This document shows, in pieces, positions 62,540-64,000 of a stretch of DNA of 64,000 nucleotides. The first letter of the stretch is position 1. Every line of letters starts with the position of its first letter. The DNA comes from Paragordius varius (Eukaryota; Animalia; Nematomorpha): the NCBI GenBank assembly GCA_964247055.1, contig OZ176052.1, positions 11,656,001-11,720,000 of the forward strand, given 5' to 3'. The position numbers and the translations under genes are program-made. Below the pieces are notes generated by a model, which saw only the letters and a program-made list of their open reading frames with translations, made no database searches and had not been told where the DNA came from.

Positions 62540-63992
62540 TATTAAAAATTTATGTTGACAATTTCTTCAATAATATTAGGTTGTTCTTGTCCTCCTCCTC
62601 GACACTGCCGATCGCAAGAATATATTAGTATATTTTGAAAGCTAAAAACTAATTTTTTAGAGGTGATAAATAATACTTTGTTGTAATGTATATTGCAATT
62701 TTTCATATGCAAAATTCCCCACAGTCGTATCTAAAAATAAGAAATCTGATATGTTTGGCATGATTAGGAATTCTAGAAATGTTTGACCTCCACAATACAT
62801 ACATATATTTGGTGGTAATTGCTGTTGAATAGACGTTTGATCATCATGAGTAAAATATCTAATTAACACATTATTATAAATTTAAAATTTCATTTAAAAT
62901 TGAGGGTTAAGGAACTTTAGAAATACTATATAATAAAAACCAATCCTAATTTTTTAATATTTACATTCCAGAAAAGTTTTAGACTCTTCCAATCAAACGA
63001 AACGGCAAATAAGATGAAGCCTTTAAGAACTTTTGAAAATTCATTACAGTAGTAATTAAATTAGGGGTGTCCAACACAAATGCCTTTGCCGGCCGCAAAA
63101 ATACATATGGGCATTCTAAAATAATTTACTAGATTTTAAACAAACACTGTCAAATTTAAACACAATACAACATTTTGTTGTTCGTTGCCGATTAAATTGA
63201 TATATTTAGGTAATTGTTAGAGAATTATTAATTTTACTAAGATTTTGTAATCTTTGTAATTTTTAGATTTCCAAATTTTCGCAGGCCGCGTGTTGGACAC
63301 CTCTGGATTAAATCAATAAATGTTGACTATAGCAAAATATAAATAAAATTTGTTACTGAATCAAAACTGGTTTAGTATTGTAATCAGTTGCATCAACAAA
63401 TTCGATGTAGAAAGATTTGATACAAGGGCCAGGTTTTACCGAAAATATATTTTGATTGCTTGATGTTAATCTGTTCCAAGAACTATTAAAAGCTTCCTCG
63501 AAGCTTTGATGTAACTCGATGTTATCTAAATTGAGATCATTTTCATCTCTATTTTATAGAAAAAATTTAAATTTATACGAGATTGTTGATATATTTTCGT
63601 TCCAGGACAAATTATGAGGGTTGTTTATGGTATTATCAGAATCCCAAAAAGCAGAAATATTTGAGACATTATTATTAGATTTGAAATCATTTTGTGGGTG
63701 ATGATATTTAAACGCTTTGCATTGCAGTCTGTTACTTGGATGTGAATCATTAAGGCATATAAAAATATAATGTGTATAAAAACAGGAGGATTGATCTGTC
63801 GAATCACTCATCTTGTATATTTGACAAAGTAGGGTCATTTTACGACCACAAGTCTCACAATAAACATTAAATTTTTTTTCCAAATCCTATAAAAATAATT
63901 GTCAATTATACTGGTATTCCACCCAATTTGCTTGTCGTATAATGGGTCCAACACATTTTACCAATCTCATCCCCAATAATTCCAAACTTCAT
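62540..63992 (-). CDS. PDCD2L: Programmed cell death protein 2-like (PDCD2L/Tsr4 family); 3' exon structure uncertain
   Basis: Exon 63992-63912 (TTSKLGGIP), 25-nt intron, exon 63886-63579 (CETCGRKMTLLCQIY), 30-nt intron, exon from 63548 (KSFYIEFVD), later exon from 62858 (CMYCGGQTFLEFLIMP, PDCD2_C-like). The region 63370-62860 and the stop position were not resolved. Confidence 0.75.
63062..63305. mobile_element. Charlie/Buster-type hAT MITE (244 bp) within PDCD2L
   Basis: TIRs TAGGGGTGTCCAACAC / GTGTTGGACACCTCTG, subterminal GGCCGC motifs, 8-bp TSD AATTAAAT (63054-63061) / GATTAAAT (63306-63313). Confidence 0.88.
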
Positions 63993-64000
63993 GATAAATT

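Noticed and set aside
63327-63356. Possible third 30-nt intron in PDCD2L (GTAACA...CTATAG)
   Set aside because: This donor-acceptor pair gives a stop after five codons with or without the MITE, so it was not counted among the micro-introns.

Overview
AT-rich, intron-containing animal (invertebrate) genomic DNA. No prokaryotic features, CRISPR arrays, rRNA or tRNA genes were seen; the species cannot be identified from the sequence alone. Left to right: (1) the 3' part of a laminin alpha-3/5 (LanA-type) gene (+, 33 exons here, 1228-17034); (2) a convergent orphan 467-aa ORF rich in Tyr motifs; (3) a decayed Ty3/Gypsy pol fragment; (4) a decayed hAT transposon containing an inverted copy of its own transposase; (5) a two-exon YitH-like GNAT acetyltransferase; (6) a TE-rich intergenic stretch with non-autonomous Helitrons, nested hAT elements and MITEs; (7) an N-acylated globin; (8) a SIPA1L-type Rap GAP; (9) a tight housekeeping cluster SLC25A36/33 - UTP3 - PDCD2L. 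Most striking: SLC25A36 and PDCD2L need 22-30-nt micro-introns, including a GC-AG and an apparent GT-TG, although every intron resolved in laminin, Rap GAP, globin, GNAT and UTP3 is at least about 70 nt; the globin is intact with both canonical intron positions but has lost all three key heme residues (CD1 Phe>Ile, E7 His>Thr, F8 His>Tyr); and the hAT element has a fold-back, Mu-killer-like architecture. All exon structures were derived by hand from splice signals and remembered family motifs, with no RNA evidence.
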